Positions 29,838 through 38,383 of a stretch of 38,383 nucleotides of DNA are shown here, one piece after another. Below the pieces are notes generated by a model. It searched no databases. It worked only from the letters and a program-made list of their open reading frames with translations, and had not been told where the DNA came from. The stretch covers positions 1 through 38,383 of the forward strand of contig JBIOIY010000027.1 in assembly GCA_044450345.1 (NCBI GenBank), given 5' to 3'. How positions within the stretch are numbered: position 1 is the stretch's first letter; each line of letters opens with the position of its first letter. A program made the position numbers and the translations under genes. This stretch comes from Thermodesulfovibrionales bacterium. GTDB lineage: Bacteria; Nitrospirota; Thermodesulfovibrionia; Thermodesulfovibrionales; UBA6898.

Positions 29838-30000
29838 ATATTTAACCATAAAACCGGAAAGGGTGTCAAATGGCACAAAAGAGCGTTTGAAGTTATAATA
29901 GGATATATTCTGGATCGGATTGACAATGCCCAGCGCACTTGCTGTTTCGAAATTATAAAGGTCGTTTCATTACAGGTAAATGTTCTAAGTTATCGTATTA

Positions 30001-30030
30001 TTGACACTTTTTAATTTTCTCGGATATTAT
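30001..30030 (+). promoter_or_regulatory. sigma70-type promoter of the TPR gene
   Basis: TTGACA-N18-TATTAT, 12 nt before the ATG. Confidence 0.55.
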
Positions 30031-30042
30031 TAGGGACACGCG

Positions 30043-32598
30043 ATGCAAGATAAGGCCACAATAATAAGGGAAGCACAGAAATACCTCGCCAAGGGGCAGA
30101 TCGATAAGGCCATATCCGAGTGGGAAAAGCTTATCAGTGGATCTCCCGATGGGAACACTTTTAACACTATCGGCGACCTTTATCTCAAAAAAGGCGACAA
30201 GAAAAGCGCCGTAGAATCATTCCTTAAGGCCGCAAACTATTTTCGGCAGGAAGGTTTTTCCCTCAAGGCCGTGGCCTTATATAAAAAGGTCTTAAACGTA
30301 AACACCACCGATGCAGACGCACTTTACGCACTCGGCGAGTTAAGCGAAGAGAAGGGCCTCGCCACCGATGCCATAAAGTATTATCTCGCAACCGCGGACA
30401 GTCTGTCGAAGGAGGGCAAGAAGGACAGGCTCCTCGATATCTATCAAAAGATACTTTCCCTTTCCCCCTCGAATGTTCCGTTGCGGAACAAGGTGGCGGA
30501 GATATTCCTCAAAGAAGGCCTCACTGCGGATGCGGCTAAGGAATACCTTCACATCGCCAAAATATATGATGACAAGAACGACATCACGAAGGCCACGGAA
30601 TACTACCAGAAGGTACGGGATATCCAGCCGCTGGATAAAGAAGCGACAATGGGAATTGGGTATCTTTATGAAAAATCGGGTGAGATGGCAAATGCCTTGA
30701 CCTGCATGAAAGGGGCTGCGGCTCTTTTCCCCGAAGATGTGGAAGTGCTGTTCAGATACGCGGAACTCTCCCTTGCGACAAACGATGACGATACGGCCAG
30801 AGACCATCTGCTCAAGATCGCCGGAATAGAGCCGAACTATCTGAAGGCACGGAGGCTCCTGGGCGAGATTTATCTAAAAAAAGGTGCACAGGAGAAGGCG
30901 TTGGAAGAATACCTTCCGGTAATCGATGATTTGATCCTTCGCGAGAACTTCGATGAATCCATCCGTCTGCTTGAGCCTTTCAAAAAGATCGACCCCGTTG
31001 AGACCGGCAAGAGGCTGGTGTCTCTTTACAGACAACTCAAGGATGATGATCAGGTCTTCTCTGAGCTTGCTTCTCTTGGCGATTCGCTCAAAGACAAGGG
31101 GATGATCGACGAGGCGATTGCCTGCTACCAGGAGGCCCTCGATGTCCGGCCTAATGACATTCGTTTGAGAGAGGTTGTTGAAGAACTGAGCGGAAAGCAG
31201 GGGGCCGTCGTAACGCCGGAAAAAGAAGCCGTTACCGTTCGCATTACAGAAAAGGAAAAAACAGCCGAGGAAATCTTTATGGAGACCGATGTCTTCTCGA
31301 GATACGGTCTCCTGGCCGAAGCGATAAAACTTCTGGAGGGGTTGAAACTGAAGGAGCCGCAGAACCTCGATTTGCACCTTAAACTCAAAGCCATTTATGC
31401 TGAGACCTCCGACAAAGAGTCGTTTGTTACGGAGTGCATTGTCCTGCACGAACTTTATAAACGGAAGGGGGACACGACAAACTCCGAAAAAATGCTCGCA
31501 GAAGCCCTCGAAATAAATCCCGATGATCCGAGACTCGCAGAAAGGGAGGCATCGCGACTTAAGATAGAACCGACGTCTTACGCGGGGGCCCCAACGGGAG
31601 ATTTTGAGGAAGCCGCGGCAGAGGAAGCAGAGGAATATGAGATAGAAGATTACGAAGAAGAGATATCAGAGGCCGATTTTTATATGCGGCAAGGTCTCAC
31701 CCAGGAGGCCGCCAAGATACTTGAACGGCTGCACAGGCTTTTTCCTCAGAACGAAGATGTTGCGGAGAGGCTGACTAGTCTCGGCCAGTTCTCCGAATCA
31801 TTCGAGCCCCAGGTATCGTCTCCTGACGGCTTTGAGGAACAACCGTTCGGAGGCGGCGCTGCCGGAGAACTTCCTCATGAAGAAGTCCCCGTTGTCCGGG
31901 GACCTGAAGTGGAGGAACGCGTTATCGATGAAAAGATCGTCGAAAAGCCTGTTTTTCGCGAAGTCGTTCCTGAAGAGCCTTCCGGAGAAAAGACTGAAAA
32001 GGTCATTGAAGAAAACGTGGAGCAGCCGGCCGGGAAGACTGAATATGAAGAATTCTCCTTTAGCGATCAGGACCTTGTCGATGCCCAGGAGATGCCCGAA
32101 CCTGAGCTTGACAACGATGTTCTCGAGATATTCGAGGAGTTCAAAAAGGGCCTTGAAAAGGAACTGGGAGACGAAGATTCCGAAACTCATTACAACCTCG
32201 GAATAGCATATAAGGAGATGGGGCTGATCGACGATGCGATCAAGGAGTTTCAGACTTCGAAGAACGATCCTAAGAGGTCCATGCAGTCCTCGACGATGCT
32301 CGGCGTCTGTTACATGGAAAAAGGCCTATTTTCTCTTGCCATCGATGTCCTGACAAAGGCCATCAAGGAAGTAAGCGCCAAAGACGAGTCCTACTGGGCG
32401 ATCAAATATGAGATTGCAGATGCTTACGAAAAGAACAACAACCTGAAGGAAGCATTGGATTTATACACCGAAGTCTTCGGTTGGAACGCGAGATTCAGAA
32501 ACGTTTCCGAAAAGATGGGCCAGCTCAAGACCCGATTTTTGAAGGGAAGCGAGAGTGAAAAACCGAAGGCGAAGAAAGACAGGGTATCCTACCTTTAA
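30043..32598 (+). CDS. large TPR protein, SgmX-like (N-terminal TPRs, acidic linker, C-terminal TPRs)
   Basis: KGQIDKAI, EGFSLKAVALYKKVL, EADFYMRQGL..EA, acidic region, ETHYNLGIAYKEMGLIDDAI. Confidence 0.85.
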   Translation: MQDKATIIREAQKYLAKGQIDKAISEWEKLISGSPDGNTFNTIGDLYLKKGDKKSAVESFLKAANYFRQEGFSLKAVALYKKVLNVNTTDADALYALGELSEEKGLATDAIKYYLATADSLSKEGKKDRLLDIYQKILSLSPSNVPLRNKVAEIFLKEGLTADAAKEYLHIAKIYDDKNDITKATEYYQKVRDIQPLDKEATMGIGYLYEKSGEMANALTCMKGAAALFPEDVEVLFRYAELSLATNDDDTARDHLLKIAGIEPNYLKARRLLGEIYLKKGAQEKALEEYLPVIDDLILRENFDESIRLLEPFKKIDPVETGKRLVSLYRQLKDDDQVFSELASLGDSLKDKGMIDEAIACYQEALDVRPNDIRLREVVEELSGKQGAVVTPEKEAVTVRITEKEKTAEEIFMETDVFSRYGLLAEAIKLLEGLKLKEPQNLDLHLKLKAIYAETSDKESFVTECIVLHELYKRKGDTTNSEKMLAEALEINPDDPRLAEREASRLKIEPTSYAGAPTGDFEEAAAEEAEEYEIEDYEEEISEADFYMRQGLTQEAAKILERLHRLFPQNEDVAERLTSLGQFSESFEPQVSSPDGFEEQPFGGGAAGELPHEEVPVVRGPEVEERVIDEKIVEKPVFREVVPEEPSGEKTEKVIEENVEQPAGKTEYEEFSFSDQDLVDAQEMPEPELDNDVLEIFEEFKKGLEKELGDEDSETHYNLGIAYKEMGLIDDAIKEFQTSKNDPKRSMQSSTMLGVCYMEKGLFSLAIDVLTKAIKEVSAKDESYWAIKYEIADAYEKNNNLKEALDLYTEVFGWNARFRNVSEKMGQLKTRFLKGSESEKPKAKKDRVSYL

Positions 32599-32722
32599 TC
32601 CATCTGTTTTATTCCGAAAAATCTGTTATATTATTATTTAAATATATACTTGCGGCAGCGTGAATCCGCGATAGCAGACCTGTGAGGGAGATGAAGGTCT
32701 TCTCACAGGGCAAGGGGACAGA

Positions 32723-33538
32723 GTGGACTACTTAGAATATTACAGACTCGGTGAGCACCCGTTCTCGAACGTGGTGGACAGCAGGTTTTACTACAATAGC
32801 CCCCAGCAGGCAGAGGCTATCCTAAAGCTGAAATACGCCGTCGACACGAAAAAGGGGCTCGCGGTGGTCATCGGCAATATAGGTGCGGGCAAGACGACCC
32901 TCGCCAGGAAGCTCCTCGAGGAACTTGACGAAGAAAATTATGAGGCGGCCCTCCTCGTCATCATACATTCCTCCGTAAGTTCCGAATGGCTTTTTAAGAA
33001 ATTTGCGCTCCAGCTCGGCGTCACGGACCTGTCTGACGACAAGATCGAACTCCTCAGCCAGATCTACAGAAGGCTTAATGAGATCAACGAACAGGGCAAA
33101 AAGGCGGTAGTGCTGATGGACGAAGTCCAGATGCTCAACTCAAGGGAGATTATGGAGGAGTTCAGGGGACTGTTGAATATGGAAAGCGCCGTCGGCAAGA
33201 TGGTCAATTTCATCTTCTTCGGCCTTCCCGAACTCGACCAGGTCCTTTCTCTCGACGAGCCTCTCAAACAAAGGGTGGCGGTCAGGATAAAGCTGCAGTC
33301 TTTCTCTGAGGAAGATACGAAGGACTATATCAGACACCGGATGGCGGTGGCCTCCGGCAGCAGCGACGTATTCACCGAATCCGCCATAAGGCTGATCTAT
33401 AAGTACTCGAACGGAAGTCCGAGGCTGATCAATACGATTTGCGACAATGCGCTGTTGGAGGGGTTCCTCTTCAAGAAGACGTCGGTAGACGATTCGATCA
33501 TCAAGACCGTTGCGGTAGATTTAGGACTGGAGTCGTAA
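32723..33538 (+). CDS. ExeA/GspA-like AAA ATPase
   Basis: PFS...D..FYY, Walker A GNIGAGKTT, Walker B LMDEVQ, FGLPEL, GSPRLINTICDNALL. Confidence 0.92.
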   Translation: MDYLEYYRLGEHPFSNVVDSRFYYNSPQQAEAILKLKYAVDTKKGLAVVIGNIGAGKTTLARKLLEELDEENYEAALLVIIHSSVSSEWLFKKFALQLGVTDLSDDKIELLSQIYRRLNEINEQGKKAVVLMDEVQMLNSREIMEEFRGLLNMESAVGKMVNFIFFGLPELDQVLSLDEPLKQRVAVRIKLQSFSEEDTKDYIRHRMAVASGSSDVFTESAIRLIYKYSNGSPRLINTICDNALLEGFLFKKTSVDDSIIKTVAVDLGLES

Positions 33539-33641
33539 AACCGCCGTTTCTTTCCCGCTCTTTCCTTTACAACCTGAATAAAAGGCCATCGAAAAAATCT
33601 GAAGGTAAAAAAAACGGGCGTTACTTCTCATTTTTTGCCTG

Positions 33642-35030
33642 TCAGGGTTTCATTGGCGATGTTACCTCTAAACTTGTCCTCCACAGATAATAACTATCAA
33701 GGCTGCCAGCAGGAGCCACTAGCAGATAAGCCGTATATGTGCCAGGAGGAAGAGAGGATATTGGTATATCCCTAAGTAACTCATTTACTGCGCTGGAGAT
33801 ATTGCTTTTCCATGGCGGTAGCCCTCCATGAAGCGGATCTAAGCGTGAGATGAGGACAAAGGTATTAATCGATGTCAACACGTGAATATGGTTGGGGTCT
33901 TTCGAGGGCGCATAATATCCAAAATATATGTCCACCGGCGTCGAGAACTCAGGAAGGGAAACCTTGAGCGTAAGGGTGTCGCCCCCCTTTGCTATGTATC
34001 CAAGTCCAACGGGCTTCGCATGTGAAGCTGTCCCGTCTACAACCGGAGAAACCGTCGGAGCATAGCTAAATATCTCCTGTCCGGCTGGGGCGGGCATCAA
34101 GGGCCTGTCTTCGGGATGTACTTCGTACCAAAAAAGGCGGTAAAGGGCTGCGGTATATTGAATCACGAGCGGCATAAGTTTATCGCCCATAACTTTAAGC
34201 TTATCATCCGGTATATAGCTCTTATCTCCCGATATGATATTCCATCCGGCCGGATCCGGCCATCCGAGGAACCATTCAGGGTCGGCATTTGAAACATTGC
34301 CACTCATATGGTCGCTCGGGAAGAACTGCGTGCGTTCGGCCAGATTAAAGAAGAGGTCTTCCAGTTTCCAGTCCGACGGCACAGGGTCGATCTCGTCGAG
34401 CGATTGGGCGTTCGCACTCCCCCATAATGTATAGTGTGACAGCACGTATGTTTCAAACGAATCGGGATCGATAAGCGGTATATGGATATCTCTGTGTACA
34501 TGCGCCGGAACCGATGAATCACCCAGAAGATGGGCTATCCTCCCCAGGTACCAATACGCCGTGGGCCTTGTCCCCTCGTTCTGATAGAGGGTTTTGGCCG
34601 TCTCCCAATATTGGTCGGCAAAGTAAGCAGCCCCAGGGTCATTCATGAGCCCGTTATAATTACCTGGGATGTCAGGGTCGTAGAAATGATGATAATAGCC
34701 TTTGCCGATCTGATCAAGATGACTGACATCTATATTGCAGACGTTGTCGATTGGGTCATAATCGTCCTCCTCCTTTGCGCCCTCGGTAATCATGCTGCCG
34801 CTCTTTGCGTTTTGGCATGCGGGGAAGAACGTCAAAAGATCCTGCCCCGAGTCATCCCTGTATCCGTAGCCCAGGTACCTGAATATTTCGTGGTTCGTAT
34901 CGTTCGGCCATAGAAAAAAGGCCTGTTCGGCAATGTAGGGATGGACCCGGATATTGTCGTGGGCCGAAAGAATGGCGGGCGAAAGCAGGACCACCAGAGC
35001 CAGCAGCGCAGTCCAGGGTTTCTTTTGCAA
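33642..35030 (-). CDS. secreted Zn-dependent phospholipase C / S1-P1-fold-like protein with C-terminal beta domain
   Basis: Signal peptide KKPWTALLALVVLLSPAILSA|H; HHFYDP, YLGRIAHLLGDSSVPAHVH, DSFE. Start uncertain (TTG 35030 or ATG 35102). Confidence 0.7.
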   Translation of the reverse strand: MQKKPWTALLALVVLLSPAILSAHDNIRVHPYIAEQAFFLWPNDTNHEIFRYLGYGYRDDSGQDLLTFFPACQNAKSGSMITEGAKEEDDYDPIDNVCNIDVSHLDQIGKGYYHHFYDPDIPGNYNGLMNDPGAAYFADQYWETAKTLYQNEGTRPTAYWYLGRIAHLLGDSSVPAHVHRDIHIPLIDPDSFETYVLSHYTLWGSANAQSLDEIDPVPSDWKLEDLFFNLAERTQFFPSDHMSGNVSNADPEWFLGWPDPAGWNIISGDKSYIPDDKLKVMGDKLMPLVIQYTAALYRLFWYEVHPEDRPLMPAPAGQEIFSYAPTVSPVVDGTASHAKPVGLGYIAKGGDTLTLKVSLPEFSTPVDIYFGYYAPSKDPNHIHVLTSINTFVLISRLDPLHGGLPPWKSNISSAVNELLRDIPISSLPPGTYTAYLLVAPAGSLDSYYLWRTSLEVTSPMKP

Positions 35031-35448
35031 TTCCGCAGTGCAGACGATTCTTTCCAGACAGGACAGAATCGGGGTTTTCCTTCCACAAACACTATAATCC
35101 ATATTGTTATCATATTTGTTTTCTACAAAAAATAGCCAGTGGGGAGGGTTGTTTATCGTTCCTCCTTCCCGCAATTCATCTTGCTATGATATTGAACAAG
35201 CCCGCTGCCTCCCTTCTGTCCCGAATAATCATATCTTGCACAACAACGGGGATCTCGGCCAATTACGCAACCATTTAAGTTGTTTGTCGGGAGCGGTACT
35301 CCTCAGTTAACAAAAGGGGAAACTCGCGTTGGTAGGAAGAATGCGCTATCCGTCCATGTTTCGGGGCGAAGCCGATGCTTCTCCTGCTCCGGAACGGATG
35401 TAAAATTTACAGCGGAAACGGTGGCAGGAATCAAGCGGAACGGCTGGC

Positions 35449-35483
35449 ACCCCGTTAGAAGGACAAAGGTCTTCTAACGGGGT
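35449..35483. other. strong hairpin upstream of the rhomboid gene
   Basis: ACCCCGTTAGAAG-N9-CTTCTAACGGGGT, a 13-bp perfect stem. Confidence 0.55.
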
Positions 35484-35526
35484 AAAATAGAGAGAAGGAA
35501 GATCTGCAGAGAAAGGAGCAGGGACA

Positions 35527-36330
35527 TTGTATAACGGCAGAAGGTGGGGTTTTTTTTCCGGAACAACTCCCGCGGTGAAATATCTGATACTGGTCAATTC
35601 CGGGATTTTCATATCTGAACTGCTCTTTCGCGCGAACTGGTCCGCTCTCTTCGGCCTCGCGCCGGCTTATTTCTGGAGGGGGTATATCTGGCAGCCGGTC
35701 ACCTACATGTTCCTCCATGGCGGAATATTCCACCTCTTCTTCAATATGCTCGTCCTCTGGATGTTCGGGACAACGCTGGAGTCGGGATGGGGTGAGCGCA
35801 GGTTCCTTACGTTCTATTTCATCTGCGGTGTGGGCGCAGGCCTGCTGAACGCTGCCGTAACGCCGTCCAGTCCGGTCCCGATAGTCGGCGCATCCGGCGC
35901 TATCTATGGTCTCCTCATGGCCTTCGCCATTCTGTTCCCAAACCAGCTCATATACATATGGGGTATATTTCCGCTCAGGGCAAAATACTTTGTTATCGTC
36001 ATCGGCCTCGTTGAATTCATGACCGCAGTGAGCGCAACACAGAGCGGGATCGCCCATTTTGCTCACCTTGGCGGGATGCTGTTCGGCCTTGTGTACATGA
36101 AGTGGGGTGACTGGCAGAAGTCGGTTTCCGGACGGCAGGCTGAAAAGAGGCGGGGCCGTCACCTGAATGTTGTATGGGACCGCGAGCAGGAAAAGCAAAA
36201 ACTGCAGAAAGAGATCGACAGGCTCCTCGACAAGATCGGAAGCAGCGGCATGGACTCCCTCACCGCGGAAGAAAAGGAGCTCCTCAGGAAAGCAGGCGAG
36301 AAGATAGCCGAACTCGAAAACAAGGGATAG
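35527..36330 (+). CDS. rhomboid intramembrane serine protease with C-terminal helical extension
   Basis: WQPVTYMFLH, HLFFNM, GASG, AHFAHLGG; tail EIDRLLDKI..GMDSLT.EEK.LL; TTG start with RBS AAGGAG. Confidence 0.93.
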   Translation: MYNGRRWGFFSGTTPAVKYLILVNSGIFISELLFRANWSALFGLAPAYFWRGYIWQPVTYMFLHGGIFHLFFNMLVLWMFGTTLESGWGERRFLTFYFICGVGAGLLNAAVTPSSPVPIVGASGAIYGLLMAFAILFPNQLIYIWGIFPLRAKYFVIVIGLVEFMTAVSATQSGIAHFAHLGGMLFGLVYMKWGDWQKSVSGRQAEKRRGRHLNVVWDREQEKQKLQKEIDRLLDKIGSSGMDSLTAEEKELLRKAGEKIAELENKG

Positions 36331-36339
36331 TGCCTTATA

Positions 36340-36365
36340 TGGATGCCCGCCTTCGCGGGGATGAC
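36340..36365 (-). repeat. short palindromic repeat of the GTCAT-CCCGCG-AGGCGGG-ATCC type
   Basis: Minus strand GTCATCCCCGCGAAGGCGGGCATCCA, between convergent genes. Confidence 0.7.
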
Positions 36366-36406
36366 AGACTCATCCAATAAAAAAATCTTCGACAGCCTGC
36401 CCGACG

Positions 36407-37039
36407 CTACGACTTAAACGACATGTGCTTCATCGTAAGGGTCATTGCGTACTGTAAAAACTCGATCCTGATCTTCGACTGGTACCAGACATCGTTTTCC
36501 TTTGTCGGGTTGTCGTAGTAGACATTCAGGACCTTGCCGTCTTCAAAATATATGTTCTGTCTGGCAGGCAGAAAGGTCTTCTTGTCGATCCATATTTCCC
36601 GGTCCGGACTCTCCAGCACGTAGTAGCCGTTTTCTTCGATCAGGCTGAAGTCCCTAATGTCCCACCAGAAGAAACAATCCCTCAATCCTCGCGTAAGGAT
36701 AAGCTTCTTGCCCCTGTCGAGGGAAGGTGTACTCCTGACCAGGCCGTCCCGGGACGTAAGCTCCATAGCCAGGAACCCCAGGGAATATACCCGAAGGCTC
36801 ATGTCTCCAGTCTGTGAGATATCAAGGGCGGCATCACCTCTGGTCTCCGAGTCCTTTTTTTCGAAGAGCACGGCAAACCTCGTTTCGATATCGCGAATGC
36901 CGTTTCTTTCGGAGAGGACTTCTCTGACGGCCCTTCCCTCATATGACGGCAATTCTATCTTCTCGATTTTCCTTGCCGCGCATGCGGTGGAAAGGAGGAC
37001 CATACTAATCAAAAAAAGCTTTAATGCATGCCTCGACAT
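36407..37039 (-). CDS. putative lipoprotein (possible LolA/LolB-like beta fold)
   Basis: Lipobox-like LLSTA-C at residue 20; beta-rich; start overlaps the radA 3' end. Confidence 0.7.
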   Translation of the reverse strand: MSRHALKLFLISMVLLSTACAARKIEKIELPSYEGRAVREVLSERNGIRDIETRFAVLFEKKDSETRGDAALDISQTGDMSLRVYSLGFLAMELTSRDGLVRSTPSLDRGKKLILTRGLRDCFFWWDIRDFSLIEENGYYVLESPDREIWIDKKTFLPARQNIYFEDGKVLNVYYDNPTKENDVWYQSKIRIEFLQYAMTLTMKHMSFKS

Positions 37040-38369
37040 CTCTCACCCCTATTATTTCCAGCCCCTGGCCTTCTTTTATCTTGTCGGCGTTCCCCGCAGG
37101 GATTATCGCCTTCTTAAACCCGATCTTCGCGGCCTCTCTCAGCCTCGCCTCCGCCTGCGCAACCGCGCGTATCTCCCCGGAAAGCCCCACCTCGCCGAAG
37201 ACAAAGGTCTTCGGGTCTATGGCTCTTTCCCTGGCTGACGAGGCTATCGTGGCGATAATGCCCAAGTCTACAGCGGGTTCCAAAATCTTAAGCCCCCCGA
37301 CTACATTGACGAAGACGTCCATCCCGCCCAGGTGAAGTCCCGCCCTTTTTTCGAGCACCGCGATGAGGAGGTTCACCCTGTTGAAATCAACGCCGATCGA
37401 GGTCCTCCGGGGCATCCCGAAGTTCGTCTGGGAGACAAGCGCCTGCATCTCTACCATAAGGGGCCTCGTTCCTTCCAGGCTCGCCACCACCGTAGAGCCC
37501 GAGACATTCCGGGGCCGCTCGGAGAGAAAGAGTTCGGAGGGGTTGTCCACCTCTCTGAGCCCTGAGTCGGACATCTCGAAGACGCCTATCTCGTTGGTGG
37601 AGCCGAACCTGTTTTTTATCGTGCGGAGTATCCTGTATGAGTGTCCCCTGTCGCCTTCAAAATAGAGCACCGTGTCGACGATATGTTCGAGCACGCGCGG
37701 GCCTGCGATCGTGCCCTCCTTCGTGACATGCCCCACTATGAAGATGGGGATGCCCGAACGTTTTGCAAAGAGCATGAGTTTTGCGGCACATTCCCTCACC
37801 TGTCCGACCGATCCGGGCGCCGAAAGCATCTCCTGGGTAAAGACCGTCTGGATGGAGTCCACTACCATCGCCCCGGGAGAGAGTTTCCCCGCTGCATCCA
37901 GTATCCCTTCAAGTGACGTCTCGGGAAGCAGGATGATATTTTCGGGGTTCACGGAAAGCCTGTCGGCCCGCATCTTTATCTGCCTCGGCGATTCTTCGCC
38001 CGATACGTAAAGGAGCTTTCCTAAGCTGCGCGAAAGCCCCGAAAACGTCTGAAGGAGGAGCGTTGATTTCCCGATGCCGGGGTCTCCGCCGACAAGGACC
38101 ACCGATCCCGGGACGATGCCGCCGCCAAGGACCCTGTCGAACTCCGTCATGCCCGTAAGTGTCCTGTCTTCAGCTGATGCCTCGACCGCGCCCAGAGCAA
38201 CAGGCTCCGTCTTGCCTAAGGAATCAATGCCCGCACTGCGCCGGTTGGCCGGCGAGGATTTCTCCTCCACAAACGTGTTCCAGCCGCCGCAGTCCGGGCA
38301 CTTTCCCATCCACTTAGGACTCGCATTGCCGCATGACTGGCACTGAAAGAAAGTTTTTGTTTTGGACAT
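37005..38369 (-). CDS. radA: DNA repair protein RadA/Sms
   Basis: CQSCG..CPDCG zinc finger, GDPGIGKSTLLLQ, KNRFG, GEVGLSGEIR. Confidence 0.98.
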   Translation of the reverse strand: MSKTKTFFQCQSCGNASPKWMGKCPDCGGWNTFVEEKSSPANRRSAGIDSLGKTEPVALGAVEASAEDRTLTGMTEFDRVLGGGIVPGSVVLVGGDPGIGKSTLLLQTFSGLSRSLGKLLYVSGEESPRQIKMRADRLSVNPENIILLPETSLEGILDAAGKLSPGAMVVDSIQTVFTQEMLSAPGSVGQVRECAAKLMLFAKRSGIPIFIVGHVTKEGTIAGPRVLEHIVDTVLYFEGDRGHSYRILRTIKNRFGSTNEIGVFEMSDSGLREVDNPSELFLSERPRNVSGSTVVASLEGTRPLMVEMQALVSQTNFGMPRRTSIGVDFNRVNLLIAVLEKRAGLHLGGMDVFVNVVGGLKILEPAVDLGIIATIASSARERAIDPKTFVFGEVGLSGEIRAVAQAEARLREAAKIGFKKAIIPAGNADKIKEGQGLEIIGVRDVEACIKAFFD

Positions 38370-38383
38370 CGTTAAATCTTACC

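Noticed and set aside
29870..29885. sigma54 promoter TGGCACAAAAGAGC
   Set aside because: GG-to-GC spacing is 9 rather than 10, and there is no TT before GC.

Overview
A mostly housekeeping bacterial window. The gene repertoire suggests an anaerobic Nitrospirota or Desulfobacterota-like organism (inference). It opens with the AT-rich end of a probable integrated element, bounded by a 3' tRNA-Pro fragment that looks like an att site. Next come a PAS hybrid kinase, a PAS kinase plus sigma54 enhancer-binding regulator sitting upstream of three small genes, ampG with a DUF1460 amidase, a SYLF protein and an MBL hydrolase. These are followed by a small TGA-interrupted dual-CxxC probable selenoprotein missed by the ORF track, a stand-alone IMP-cyclohydrolase half of PurH, a DsbC carrying a CxxCH motif, and divergent PPi-type PFK and PGK genes. 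An intact IS1111-type IS110 element carries, in its downstream non-coding region, a 9-nt match to its own flank (candidate bridge/seekRNA). The rest comprises a B12 radical-SAM gene, the pyrR-pyrB-pyrC-carA-hyp-carB operon with a PyrR RNA element, an SgmX-like TPR protein with an ExeA-like ATPase, a secreted Zn-PLC-like protein, a rhomboid protease, a lipoprotein and radA. Several palindromic or short-repeat elements are scattered through the window, two of them in frame inside carB. All family calls come from motif recognition by eye; no database searches were run.
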